Assembly: GCA_959602645.1 (NCBI GenBank)
Contig: CAUGTZ010000008.1
Location: 3,149 to 67,148 of the forward strand
DNA: 64,000 nt
Reading direction: 5' to 3'
From: an uncultured Collinsella sp.
GTDB taxonomy: Bacteria; Actinomycetota; Coriobacteriia; Coriobacteriales; Coriobacteriaceae
Shown: piece after piece, positions 53,775-62,866 of the stretch
Layout of the letters: the number at the start of each line of letters is the position of its first letter
How positions within the stretch are numbered: the first letter of the stretch is position 1
Notes under the pieces: generated by a model
Told to the model about the DNA's origin: nothing
Databases searched by the model: none
What the model saw: the letters and a program-made list of their open reading frames with translations, nothing else
Made by a program: the position numbers and the translations under genes

Positions 53775-54355
53775 TACTCATCGCCTCCCTTCGGGGCGTC
53801 AGCGGCAGCGGCGTCGTCCTCGGCCTCGAGCTCGCGAGCGAGCTGGTCGACGACGGCCTTGCGCTTGCGGGGACGACGGGCGTAGAGGTCAGCCGTCGTG
53901 GGCTCTGCCGGCTCGGGCTCGGGCTCCGGCTCTGCAGCAGGCTCGGGCTCGGCTGCGGCAGCAGCAGCGGCGGCAGGCTCTGCACCCTTGGCCTCCTCGG
54001 CAATACCTTCGTCCTCGGTGGCACCCTCACTTGCGGCCTTCTCGGCGGCAAGGCGGGCGCGGCGCTCCGCAAAGGTCTCCTTCTTTGCGGGCGCGACCGT
54101 CTCGACGGCATCCTCGTCCGCATCGGAATCGTCATCGACGGCAGCCTTCTTGGGCTTGACCGGAGCCGAAGCAGCCTCGCTTACCGGATCGATGATCTCG
54201 GACTGAACAACGGCCGTCATCTTTTCCTGCGTCTCGCGGAACTGACGAATGGCACGGCCGATCGTGCGGCCCATCTGTGGGAGCTTATCCGGGCCAAACA
54301 GCAAAAAGCCGAAGACCACGATGATCGCGAGCTCACCCTCTCCAATACCAAACAC
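53774..54355 (-). CDS. tatA: twin-arginine translocase TatA/TatB-type subunit with a long acidic/Ala-rich tail
   Basis: GTG 54355 (GGAGG RBS) gives VFGIGEGELAIIVVFGFLLFGPDKLPQ, the TatA signature; the ORF is open to 54400. Confidence 0.75.
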   Translation of the reverse strand: MFGIGEGELAIIVVFGFLLFGPDKLPQMGRTIGRAIRQFRETQEKMTAVVQSEIIDPVSEAASAPVKPKKAAVDDDSDADEDAVETVAPAKKETFAERRARLAAEKAASEGATEDEGIAEEAKGAEPAAAAAAAAEPEPAAEPEPEPEPAEPTTADLYARRPRKRKAVVDQLARELEAEDDAAAADAPKGGDE

Positions 54356-54509
54356 ACATACCTCCAAGGCTCGATGTGAGTCGAGCCCGCACCGCGCCAT
54401 TCGGCCGGAACTCGTCTATTCATTCGGTCAAGTATAGCGCCCGGACGCCAAAACGTCCGAGCGCATCACAAACATATGCCAAACGGCACGCCCTTTTTGG
54501 GGGCAAAGA

Positions 54510-54824
54510 TTATGCCGCCGTGATCGAAATCTCCTGGTCGACGCCCAGCAGCTGAACCACGCGCATCACCTGGGGCTGCACATTAGTGCAGCTAAAGCGC
54601 TTACCGTGGTCGACCGCGTGGTGCGCGGCGCCCACGAGCACGCCAATGCCCGTCGAATCGATGTAGCTCACCTGGGCAAAATCGAGCTCAACGGCCTCAG
54701 TGGGCTGCTCGAGCGCCAGGTCAATGGCATTGCGCAGGCTATCGGCGTTAGAGATATCGATCTCGCCGGTCACCTTAATGGTGTAGATCTCCGGTGTGGG
54801 GTTGGTGGAAATACCCAAATCCAT
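54510..54824 (-). CDS. STAS-domain protein (anti-sigma-factor antagonist-like)
   Basis: 104-aa ORF; SYIDSTGIGVLVG motif. Confidence 0.75.
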   Translation of the reverse strand: MDLGISTNPTPEIYTIKVTGEIDISNADSLRNAIDLALEQPTEAVELDFAQVSYIDSTGIGVLVGAAHHAVDHGKRFSCTNVQPQVMRVVQLLGVDQEISITAA

Positions 54825-54890
54825 GTATACGCTCCTTTACGTATCGAAAGTGCGGATAGTACTGGGCGCGGACTTGCGGGGCCCTAGGCG

Positions 54891-56195
54891 TTAGGCGCGC
54901 TCGGCACGAGCAAGCTCGGCAGCGACGAGCTTGACGGCCAGCACCAGTACGTCGAGTGCTGCCTCCAGGTCCTCGACCGTGGGATAGCTCGGCGCGATGC
55001 GGATGTTGGTATCGCGCGGATCCTTGCCATAGGGCCAGGTGGCACCGGCCGGCGTGAGCTTGACGCCCAGGTCGGCGCAAAGCGCGGCGACCTTCTGGGC
55101 CGAGCCCTCGGGACCATCGAAGCTTACAAAGTAGCCGCCGCGGGGGTGCGTCCAGGTGGCACAGCCCGTATCGCCCAGGCCCTCGGTGAGCTTGCGCTCA
55201 ACGGCCTCAAAGCGCGGACGCAGGAACTCGGCATGCTTTTTCATGTGCTCCTTGACCGCCTCGATGGTGGGAAGGAAGCGCACGTGGCGCAGCTGGTTGA
55301 GCTTGTCGGCGCTGATGAGGCCGGCCTTCAGGCGCTTGGAGAACTCCGCGATAACCGCGGGGCTCGCACCGATAAAGCCGATGCCGGCGCCCGGGAAGGT
55401 GATCTTGGACGTCGATGCAAAGGCCACCACGCGGTCCTCGGTACCCGCCGCGCGAGCGAGGTCAAAGATGTTGGCGAGCTCGTCGGTCTCGTCGTACAGG
55501 TCGTGCACGCAGTAGGCGTTGTCCCAGAAGATGCGGAAATCGGGCGCGGCCGTGGGCATCTCGACCAGGCGACGCACGGTGTCCTCGCTAAAGGTGATGC
55601 CCGTGGGGTTGGAATACTTGGGCACGCACCAGATGCCCTTGATGGAGTCGTCGGCGGCAACCAAGCGCTCGATCTCGTCCATGTCGGGGCCGTTGTCGGT
55701 CATCGCGACGGGGACATTCTCGATACCCAAGTCGGCAGTGATGCCAAAGTGGCGGTCGTAGCCGGGAACAGGGCACAGGAACTTGACCTTCTTGCCGTCA
55801 TGCGCGGCCTCATAAGCCTCCCAAGGCTCGCTACCGCACGAGCCGCAGCGCCAGAACATGCCGGCGATATCGTGCTCGATCAGCAGGCTCGACGAACCCA
55901 GTACGAGCGTCTGCTCGGCGGGGCAACCCAGGAACTCCCCCGCCAGCTTGCGTGCCGAGGGAATGCCCTCAAAGCAACCGTAGTTGGAGCAGTCGACGTT
56001 GCCGTCGTGCAGATCGGCATCGGCATTGAGGATATCGAGCATGGGGCGAGAGATGCCCACCTGGGAGGGCGACGGCTTGCCGCGGGCCATGTCGAGCGCC
56101 AGGCCCTTGGCCTTGACCTCGGCGACCTCGGCTTTGAGCGCCTCGATGGCGGCATCGAGTTCGGTGGTTTCCATCTTCTGGTAGATCGTCTGCAT
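54891..56195 (-). CDS. PLP-dependent aminotransferase, class I/II fold
   Basis: 434-aa ORF; the STSKITFPGAGIG Lys motif and overall pattern fit aspartate-aminotransferase-fold enzymes. Confidence 0.75.
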   Translation of the reverse strand: MQTIYQKMETTELDAAIEALKAEVAEVKAKGLALDMARGKPSPSQVGISRPMLDILNADADLHDGNVDCSNYGCFEGIPSARKLAGEFLGCPAEQTLVLGSSSLLIEHDIAGMFWRCGSCGSEPWEAYEAAHDGKKVKFLCPVPGYDRHFGITADLGIENVPVAMTDNGPDMDEIERLVAADDSIKGIWCVPKYSNPTGITFSEDTVRRLVEMPTAAPDFRIFWDNAYCVHDLYDETDELANIFDLARAAGTEDRVVAFASTSKITFPGAGIGFIGASPAVIAEFSKRLKAGLISADKLNQLRHVRFLPTIEAVKEHMKKHAEFLRPRFEAVERKLTEGLGDTGCATWTHPRGGYFVSFDGPEGSAQKVAALCADLGVKLTPAGATWPYGKDPRDTNIRIAPSYPTVEDLEAALDVLVLAVKLVAAELARAERA

Positions 56196-56345
56196 GGGTG
56201 CGACCTTTCGCGAAGCGGGACGTTGCAGTTCGTCTAAGTATAGACCGCCACTGCCGCAACGGTATGAAGCCGTGATAGATTAAGTCCATCGCAATGAATT
56301 ACGACATCGCCGCGCATGCCGGTGTGGGGCGCCCAAGGAGGCACT

Positions 56346-56600
56346 ATGGAGTACGGATCGTTCCAGGCCGAGGAATTCGGCGACCTGCAGCGCCTGGTCG
56401 ACGGACTGTTTTATGACCGCCGCGCCATCGACCGCCTGGATCTCATCGTGCAGGCCGAGATCTTGGACCTCGCGCCCGACCTCATGGAAATCGTCAACCT
56501 TTTGCCGCCCGGCTACTACGACCGCCAATCGCTTTGCGACCAGCTCAACTCCGCCTTGGCCGCCCACGGCTGGGGCGCCGTCTACGGCACCGTGGAATAA
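56346..56600 (+). CDS. hypothetical small protein
   Basis: 84 aa from ATG 56346 (AAGGAGG RBS); no family recognised. Confidence 0.5.
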   Translation: MEYGSFQAEEFGDLQRLVDGLFYDRRAIDRLDLIVQAEILDLAPDLMEIVNLLPPGYYDRQSLCDQLNSALAAHGWGAVYGTVE

Positions 56601-56603
56601 ACC

Positions 56604-56632
56604 TAGTCATTTAAGAACGTCCCCAATGACTA
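56604..56632 (+). repeat. family-C hairpin motif, copy 3
   Basis: Stem TAGTCATT/AATGACTA (unrelated to copies 1 and 2) encloses the loop TAAGAACGTCCCC. Confidence 0.6.
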
Positions 56633-56672
56633 AAACGCCGCTTGTGACGGTGTTCACGGGCGGCGTTTTCAA
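56633..56672. terminator. bidirectional terminator between 56346-56600 and nhaA
   Basis: AACGCCGC...GCGGCGTT stem followed by TTTC; A-run upstream. Confidence 0.6.
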
Positions 56673-56686
56673 ACTTGTTTGTGCTT

Positions 56687-58045
56687 TTACTCGTTCTTGG
56701 GCGCGGGGTGTTTGCAGACCACACTCATGTAGATCATGCCGAGCACGGCCGCGGTGACCGAACCGGCAAGAATGGCAGCCTTGGCGGCAAGAACCTCAAA
56801 CTCGGCCGTCGGGAAAGCGAGGCCGCTGATGAGGATCGACATGGTGAAGCCGATGCCGCCCAGAATGCCCACACCGGCAATCATGTGCCAGTTAACGTTA
56901 TGCGGCAGCTCGCAGACCCTAAACTTAACCAGGGCAAACGTCATGCCAAAGATGCCGATCGGCTTGCCCAGCAGCATGCCAAAGTACACGCCGAGCGTCA
57001 CCGGGTCGGTGAGCAGCGTGCTCATATCCACACCCACTAGGCGAACCTGTGCGTTCACGAACGCAAAGATCGGCAGAATCACAAAGTTGACCGGCGTGGA
57101 GATCAGACGCTCCATGCGGATGAGCGGCGGGGTCACGCGGTGCATGACGCGCTCGACCCTGGTGGTCGAGACGGTAAAGTCATGCTGGCCCAGGATGTGT
57201 GCCTCGTCGTCGTAGCGGTCATCAAGCAGCGGCAGGCACTCGCCCAACCAATCGGTGAGGCTATCGAGCTTGACGCCGCACTTGGCCGGAATGGTAAAGG
57301 CCAGGATGACGCCGGCGAGCGTGGCATGTACACCGCTCTTGAACATGCAGAACCACAACAGCAGGCCCAGTACCGAATACGGGGCGAGGCGGTAATGCTG
57401 CGTCTTGTTGAGCCACACGAGCGCGCAGGTCGCCAGCGCGGCGGCGCCCAACCAAAACGGATTGGGGCTCTGACCGTAGAAGATGGCGATGGCGGCGATG
57501 GAGATGAGGTCATCGGCGATGGCGAGCGTCGAGAAGAACACGCGCACGCCGTTGGGCACGCGATTGCCCAAAAGCGACAGCACGCCCAGCGCAAAGGCAA
57601 TATCGGTTGCCATGGGAATGGCCCAGCCGTTGTGCGCGCCGGCATGGTTAAAGATCAGGTAGATGCAGGCGGGAACGACGACGCCGCCCACGGCCGCCAG
57701 CATGGGAAGCATGGCCTGGCGCGGGTTTTTGAGCTCGCCGACCGTCATCTCATACTTGAGCTCAATGCCCACCAGCAAAAAGAAAATCGCCATGAGAAAG
57801 TCGTTAACGAAAAGCTCAACGGTGAGACCGGCCGTAAGGTTGCCCAGACCCACATACAGCGGGGTCTCCAAAAAGTGATGGATGGCCTCGTAGGCATCGG
57901 TATTGGCGCAAATGACGGCGGCGATGGCGGCGAAGACCATGACGGCGGCGGAAATCGTGCCGTTCTCGGCGATGCGCTCCCAGATGTCGTGGCGCTCAAA
58001 GCGCTTGCGCTCACGAACGTTGAACAGCTGCTCAGTTGCTGCCAT
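56687..58045 (-). CDS. nhaA: Na+/H+ antiporter NhaA
   Basis: 452-aa polytopic ORF; NhaA pattern (FFLLVGIELKYE, WAIPMATDIAFALG). Confidence 0.9.
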   Translation of the reverse strand: MAATEQLFNVRERKRFERHDIWERIAENGTISAAVMVFAAIAAVICANTDAYEAIHHFLETPLYVGLGNLTAGLTVELFVNDFLMAIFFLLVGIELKYEMTVGELKNPRQAMLPMLAAVGGVVVPACIYLIFNHAGAHNGWAIPMATDIAFALGVLSLLGNRVPNGVRVFFSTLAIADDLISIAAIAIFYGQSPNPFWLGAAALATCALVWLNKTQHYRLAPYSVLGLLLWFCMFKSGVHATLAGVILAFTIPAKCGVKLDSLTDWLGECLPLLDDRYDDEAHILGQHDFTVSTTRVERVMHRVTPPLIRMERLISTPVNFVILPIFAFVNAQVRLVGVDMSTLLTDPVTLGVYFGMLLGKPIGIFGMTFALVKFRVCELPHNVNWHMIAGVGILGGIGFTMSILISGLAFPTAEFEVLAAKAAILAGSVTAAVLGMIYMSVVCKHPAPKNE

Positions 58046-58251
58046 GGGCGGCTCCTTTCACGGGAAAGCTCCCGTCTTAAAAAAGCACGGCCCGCCCAAG
58101 TGGCGGCGCCGCGCTCTAACGTATTACGCTTGCATCTAGCCTACCCTGCACGACAAGCACGCAGGCGTGGCCGAAAAGCGGAACCACAGGTTGAACATTA
58201 TTTGCTCAACGGCACGGGCACGCCTGTCCAAGAGACGACGCGGCGCATGCA

Positions 58252-58292
58252 CAAAAAACGACCGGAGCGCGGGGCGTCCGCGATCCGGTCGT
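58252..58292 (-). terminator. intrinsic terminator of ppaC
   Basis: CGACCGGA/TCCGGTCG outer stem; the minus strand then reads TTTTTTGTGC. Confidence 0.6.
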
Positions 58293-58311
58293 GGCGTTCG
58301 GTCAACTAAAC

Positions 58312-59235
58312 CTAGCAGGCGGCCATGATGGGGGCAGCGACCTGCTTCTTACGGGAGAGGACGCCCGGCATCCAGACGCCGTCGTGCTCATCGGCAATGC
58401 CCAGGCCCTTCTGAGCAGCCTCGGTCTCGCCCTCGAGCAGGACCTGCGAGCCCTCCTCCATGATGTCGGTGATGCACAGGACAATGCCGTCAGCACCCTT
58501 CTCGGCGGCGTAGGCGCGCATGGCCTCGCGGATCTCGTCAATCATGCCAAGCGCACGGCTCTTGTCGACGGTCTCGTACTGGCCGATGAGCAGCTTCTTG
58601 CCGGCGGGCTCGAACATCTTGATGTCGTTGCCGACCATCTCGGCAGCGGTGAAGGAGCCGGACGGGCGGGTAAGGAAGACCTCCATGCCAAACTTGACCG
58701 GGTCGACGCCCACCTGCTCGCCGAGCTTGGCGGCGACGGCGCGGTCGACATCGGTGGTGGTGGGGCTCTTGAGCATGAGCGTGTCGGTCATCATGGCCGA
58801 AAGCAGCAGCTTGGCCTGGACGTCGGAAAGCTCAACGCCGAGCACGCTGGCGAGCTTGGTGACGATGGTGCAGCTGGAGCCCCAGGGCAGGCAGATGTAG
58901 TGCAGCGGGCCGGCGGTCTCGAAGTCGCTGATGCGGTGATGGTCGACAACACCAAAGACCGTGGCGTCCTTAAGGCCGGCGACGGACTGGGCGGACTCGT
59001 TGTGGTCGGTGAGGACGACGAGCTGACCGGCCTCGACGGACTCGATCACGCGGGGCTCGGCAATGCCGGCATCGGCGAGCAGCTTGGCGGACTCGGCCGG
59101 AAGCTGGCCCAGAGCGCAAGCCTCGTAGGTGTTGCCGGCATACTCAACCTGGTTAAGCAGCTGGGACAGGACGACGGCGCTCATGATGGCGTCGTTATCG
59201 GGGTTCTGGTGACCAAAGACAAGAACGTTTGCCAT
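58312..59235 (-). CDS. ppaC: manganese-dependent inorganic pyrophosphatase (family II, DHH)
   Basis: 307-aa ORF; VFGHQNPDNDAI, VVDHH and DHHA2 region. Confidence 0.9.
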   Translation of the reverse strand: MANVLVFGHQNPDNDAIMSAVVLSQLLNQVEYAGNTYEACALGQLPAESAKLLADAGIAEPRVIESVEAGQLVVLTDHNESAQSVAGLKDATVFGVVDHHRISDFETAGPLHYICLPWGSSCTIVTKLASVLGVELSDVQAKLLLSAMMTDTLMLKSPTTTDVDRAVAAKLGEQVGVDPVKFGMEVFLTRPSGSFTAAEMVGNDIKMFEPAGKKLLIGQYETVDKSRALGMIDEIREAMRAYAAEKGADGIVLCITDIMEEGSQVLLEGETEAAQKGLGIADEHDGVWMPGVLSRKKQVAAPIMAAC

Positions 59236-59401
59236 GGATATCCTCCACTTGATATGTGTACTTGGACGTAGCTATGGTAGCACGCCGATGCCGAGCCTTC
59301 GCAGACGGAAGGGCCACGGCATATTTTGTGGCAGGTATGGGGGCCAAGGCTGTCCCTTTTGCACCATGTTGGTGCAAAGTAACCTGACCCCCTTGCACCA
59401 G

Positions 59402-60355
59402 CTATTTACCGGCGGCGCGCAGGGCTACGTAGGCGGCACCGATGATGCCGGCGTCGTTTCCGAGCGAAGCGACCTTAATGGGCGTCTCGCGCGAGGCGGA
59501 AAGCGCGTAGCGCTGGAAGTGCTCGCGAACCTTATCGAGGTAGACATCGGCCGAAGCGGACGCGCCGCCACCGATCAGGAACATCTCGGGGTCGACCACG
59601 TTGGCGATAAGTGCCAGAGCACGACCGAGATAGTCAGCCATGGTATCGGCAGCTGCCAGCGCGAGCTTGTCGCCCTCGCGGCAGGCCTGGAACACGTCCT
59701 TGGAATCGGAGGGGCCGGTGAGCTCGATGGGCTCGACGCCCGCCTTCTTGCACTCGGCCAGGTAATTGCTCACCACGCCGGTGGCGCTGGAATACTGCTC
59801 CAGGTGGCCATGGCCGCCACAGCCGCAGGTGCGCTCCTCGGCCGGGTTCAGGCACATGTGGCCAATCTCGCCGCCGGCACCCACAACGCCCGATACCACG
59901 TCGCCGTTAACGATAACGCCGCCGCCCACGCCGGTACCGATGGTGACCATCACCACGTTCTGCACGCCCTTGGCAGAACCGAGCCAGGCCTCGCCCATGG
60001 CAGCGGCGTTGGCATCGTTCTCATACTTAACGACCGCATCAGGGCAGTGCTCCTGGATGGCGATCTTGAGCTCGGGCAGGTTAATGGCAATGTTGGCCTT
60101 GACCTTGGCATCGCCCGACGCCGGGATGGGGCACGGAACGGCCAGGCCAATGCCTGCCACAAAGGCGCGCGGAATCTGCGCCTTGGCGACCACCTGGTCG
60201 ATAGCCTCGGTCACCGCGGCAAAGCCCGCAGCGTCAACGATGGGAGGCGTGGGCACGCTGGCCTTGGCCAGCAGATTTCCGTCCTCGTCGAACAGGCCCT
60301 CCTTAACCGAAGTGCCGCCGACGTCGATGCCGATGTAGTACTGCTTGGGTTCCAT
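59402..60355 (-). CDS. glk: ROK-family glucokinase
   Basis: 317 aa from ATG 60355; GIDVGGTSVK, ENDANAAAMGE, CGCGGHGHLE zinc motif. Confidence 0.85.
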   Translation of the reverse strand: MEPKQYYIGIDVGGTSVKEGLFDEDGNLLAKASVPTPPIVDAAGFAAVTEAIDQVVAKAQIPRAFVAGIGLAVPCPIPASGDAKVKANIAINLPELKIAIQEHCPDAVVKYENDANAAAMGEAWLGSAKGVQNVVMVTIGTGVGGGVIVNGDVVSGVVGAGGEIGHMCLNPAEERTCGCGGHGHLEQYSSATGVVSNYLAECKKAGVEPIELTGPSDSKDVFQACREGDKLALAAADTMADYLGRALALIANVVDPEMFLIGGGASASADVYLDKVREHFQRYALSASRETPIKVASLGNDAGIIGAAYVALRAAGK

Positions 60356-60498
60356 GGGGGCCCACCTTTCTCGTTTAAACATTGCCTGTATGGTACCGCT
60401 CCCAAAGCAAAAACCTACCAAAAAGGGACAGGTTTGTTTTGGCAGGTTTTATCTGGGGTAACGCAATTGGCTGCCCAACAGACCGCGCAAGACCATCC

Positions 60499-60539
60499 CC
60501 AAAAATAAAGGCGCCGGGAGGCGGAGGCTCCCGGCGCCC
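60499..60539 (-). terminator. intrinsic terminator of the cellobiose-type PTS operon
   Basis: GGCGCCGGGAG/CTCCCGGCGCC stem; the minus strand then reads TTTATTTTTGGGG. Confidence 0.65.
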
Positions 60540-60596
60540 GTCAAAGGGACTATGTTGTCTGTTGGACCGCACGGTCCGTCGCGGCGATAACGCCGA

Positions 60597-60929
60597 CTAG
60601 GCCTGAAGTGCCTGCAGCTGCTTGTGAACCTCGATGAGCTCCGTCGCCATGACGCGCATGGTCTCGGTGCCGGCCATCTGGTCCTCGGCATGCAGCAAAA
60701 TCAACGGGGCCTCGCCGTTACGTTCGCCGTTGGCCTCCTTCTTCAGAAGCCCCATGTGAACATCGTGGCCACCGTTATAGGCCTCGTCGCCCTGCTTGAT
60801 AAGCTCCTCGGCGGCGTCAAAATCGCCCTCCTTGGCCTTTTGCACGGCATTGATGTACATGCTCTTGGCGGTACCGACGTAGCTGATGATCTCAAAGCAG
60901 GTCATCTGCAGTTCGTTCATATCCTCCAT
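60597..60929 (-). CDS. PTS lactose/cellobiose-family EIIA component
   Basis: 110 aa from ATG 60929 (the ORF is open to GTG 60938); FEIISYVGTA, LLHAEDQM with the conserved His. Confidence 0.8.
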   Translation of the reverse strand: MEDMNELQMTCFEIISYVGTAKSMYINAVQKAKEGDFDAAEELIKQGDEAYNGGHDVHMGLLKKEANGERNGEAPLILLHAEDQMAGTETMRVMATELIEVHKQLQALQA

Positions 60930-60938
60930 GCAGAGCAC

Positions 60939-61241
60939 CTAGCCCATCACGCTGACGCAGTGGTCGATGATGCCGGCAGCGTTCATGCGGCCGTAGTCGA
61001 CCATGTTGATGACCTCGACCGGAAAACGACCGGCGGCCTCCTTCTCAAAATCGCCCTTGGTGTAGCCGATCTGCGGACCAAGCAGCAACATGTCGCACTC
61101 GTCCAGGTGATCGTGGGCCTCGTTCATGGGACGAGCCTCGACCTCAATATCCAGACCACGGTTTGCAACCTCGGCCTGCATCTTCTGGACCAGCAGGCTC
61201 GTGGACATACCGGCATTGCAGCAGAGCATGATCTTCTTCAT
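60939..61241 (-). CDS. PTS cellobiose-family EIIB component
   Basis: 100-aa ORF; MKKIMLCCNAGMSTS with the phospho-Cys. Confidence 0.9.
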   Translation of the reverse strand: MKKIMLCCNAGMSTSLLVQKMQAEVANRGLDIEVEARPMNEAHDHLDECDMLLLGPQIGYTKGDFEKEAAGRFPVEVINMVDYGRMNAAGIIDHCVSVMG

Positions 61242-61403
61242 GGTTTCCTCCTTATAACTGCGCGGCGCGCAGACGACAACTGGTTTTATTCCTTGCGGCT
61301 ATTGTGCCCACCCCCCCTGCATCTTTACACAAGGGAGAGAGCTGCGGGCACCGGCGCCGCGTACCGGCGCCCGCAAAGGTGAAAGGGACGAACGTTAGGC
61401 GTT

Positions 61404-62747
61404 CTACTCGGCGAGAGCCTCCTGCTTGGCGATTGCCTTCTCGGAAATCTTCATAAAGGGCAGGTAGACGGCCATGCCAATGACAATCTCGATAGCCTGC
61501 CACACGCCAGCGCGCCAGTCAAAGCCCGTAGCGAGCAGGGCATTGATGACGGGAGGCATGGTCCAGGGCACCTGGGCGATGCAGGGGCTGATGATGCCTG
61601 CGCAGGTAAGGCCATAGGTGATGCCGATGAACAGGTCGGGAAGGAGGACAAACGGGATCATGAGCGGCAGGTTGTACACGATGGGGTAACCGTAGATAAC
61701 CGGCTCGTTGATGTTGAACAGACCAGGCAGGATAGCCATCTTGGAAACGGTCTCGGAAGCCTTGTTTTTGGAGAACAGGAGCGTGTCGAGCAGGAGCATG
61801 AGGGTGCAGCCCGAGCCGCCGATGAGGGCGAAGCTGTTAACGATCTGCATGTTCATGTAGTGATCGGGCTGGATGGTGCCACCGGCGGCAAAGGTAGCCA
61901 TGTTGTCGACGATGAGCATGGTCAGGATCGGCTCGACGGTAGCGCCAGAGATGGTGGACTGGTGAATACCGACGCAGAACAGCAGGTTAGCAAGGGTGTA
62001 GATGAGGATAACAGCCCACGGACCAGCGTTCATGATGCTCTTGAGCGGGTTGGAGATGCACGTGGAGATGATGGTGCACAGATCGGTGCCGGCGCACACG
62101 GCGAGCAGGGCTGCGGCAAGAGCGAAGACCGCGAGGTTAAGCAGCATCGGAATCATGACGTTGAAGGAGTTGGAGACCGCGGGAGGCACGCCCTCGCCCA
62201 GCTTAACCTTGAGCTTCTCGACGCCAGAAATCTTGATGAAGAGCGAGACGGAAAGCAGGGCGATGATAATAGCCGAGAACAGACCGTTGGTGCCGGTGTT
62301 GGCAGTCGAAAGGGCGCCCGTGACCTCGGCGGAGGTGATCTTGTCGGTGAGCAGTGGGCTCGTGGCGGCAAGCGTGGCGGTGATCTGCTGCGGCATCATG
62401 ATGACGAAGGCAGAGATAGCGACGACCATGCAAGCAAGCGGATTATCGAAGCGCTTGTTCTTAGCGAGGCTGTAGCCAATCAATCCGGCCAAGATAATGG
62501 CAGAGACGTTGAGGGTGCCCAGCGTAATCGCCGAACCCCACGTCTGAAGGTTGGCAAGGCCCGCCGCATCGAGCGGGAACAGAGGGAACACGACGTTGTT
62601 AATAAGAACCGCGATACCCGCAAGGATATAGAGCGGCGTGATGGTCGCGAAGGCGTCACGCAGGGAACGCAGGTGAACCTGGTTTCCCACCTTCGCAGAG
62701 ACCTCGGCAAACTTGTCGAGGAAGCTCTTTCCGTTGTCACTGGCCAT
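61404..62747 (-). CDS. PTS cellobiose-family EIIC component
   Basis: 447-aa polytopic ORF; EIIC-Cel pattern (LRSLRDAF, NINEPVIYGYPIV). Confidence 0.9.
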   Translation of the reverse strand: MASDNGKSFLDKFAEVSAKVGNQVHLRSLRDAFATITPLYILAGIAVLINNVVFPLFPLDAAGLANLQTWGSAITLGTLNVSAIILAGLIGYSLAKNKRFDNPLACMVVAISAFVIMMPQQITATLAATSPLLTDKITSAEVTGALSTANTGTNGLFSAIIIALLSVSLFIKISGVEKLKVKLGEGVPPAVSNSFNVMIPMLLNLAVFALAAALLAVCAGTDLCTIISTCISNPLKSIMNAGPWAVILIYTLANLLFCVGIHQSTISGATVEPILTMLIVDNMATFAAGGTIQPDHYMNMQIVNSFALIGGSGCTLMLLLDTLLFSKNKASETVSKMAILPGLFNINEPVIYGYPIVYNLPLMIPFVLLPDLFIGITYGLTCAGIISPCIAQVPWTMPPVINALLATGFDWRAGVWQAIEIVIGMAVYLPFMKISEKAIAKQEALAE

Positions 62748-62866
62748 GATTGCTCCTAACTTTCAAATCCGGCCTTTCCTATGCGCACGGTGGTCTGTCG
62801 CCCTCTGCCACCAGATGTGCCATGTGTTGCGCGCGGCGGCGCGCGGTCTGGACGTTCGTCCGGTCG

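Noticed and set aside
60410-60450. AT-rich inverted repeat AAAACCTACCAAAA-N13-TTTTGGCAGGTTTT upstream of the glucokinase gene
   Set aside because: It is low-complexity A/T runs with one mismatch and no second copy or known motif, so it is insufficient to call an operator or repeat family.
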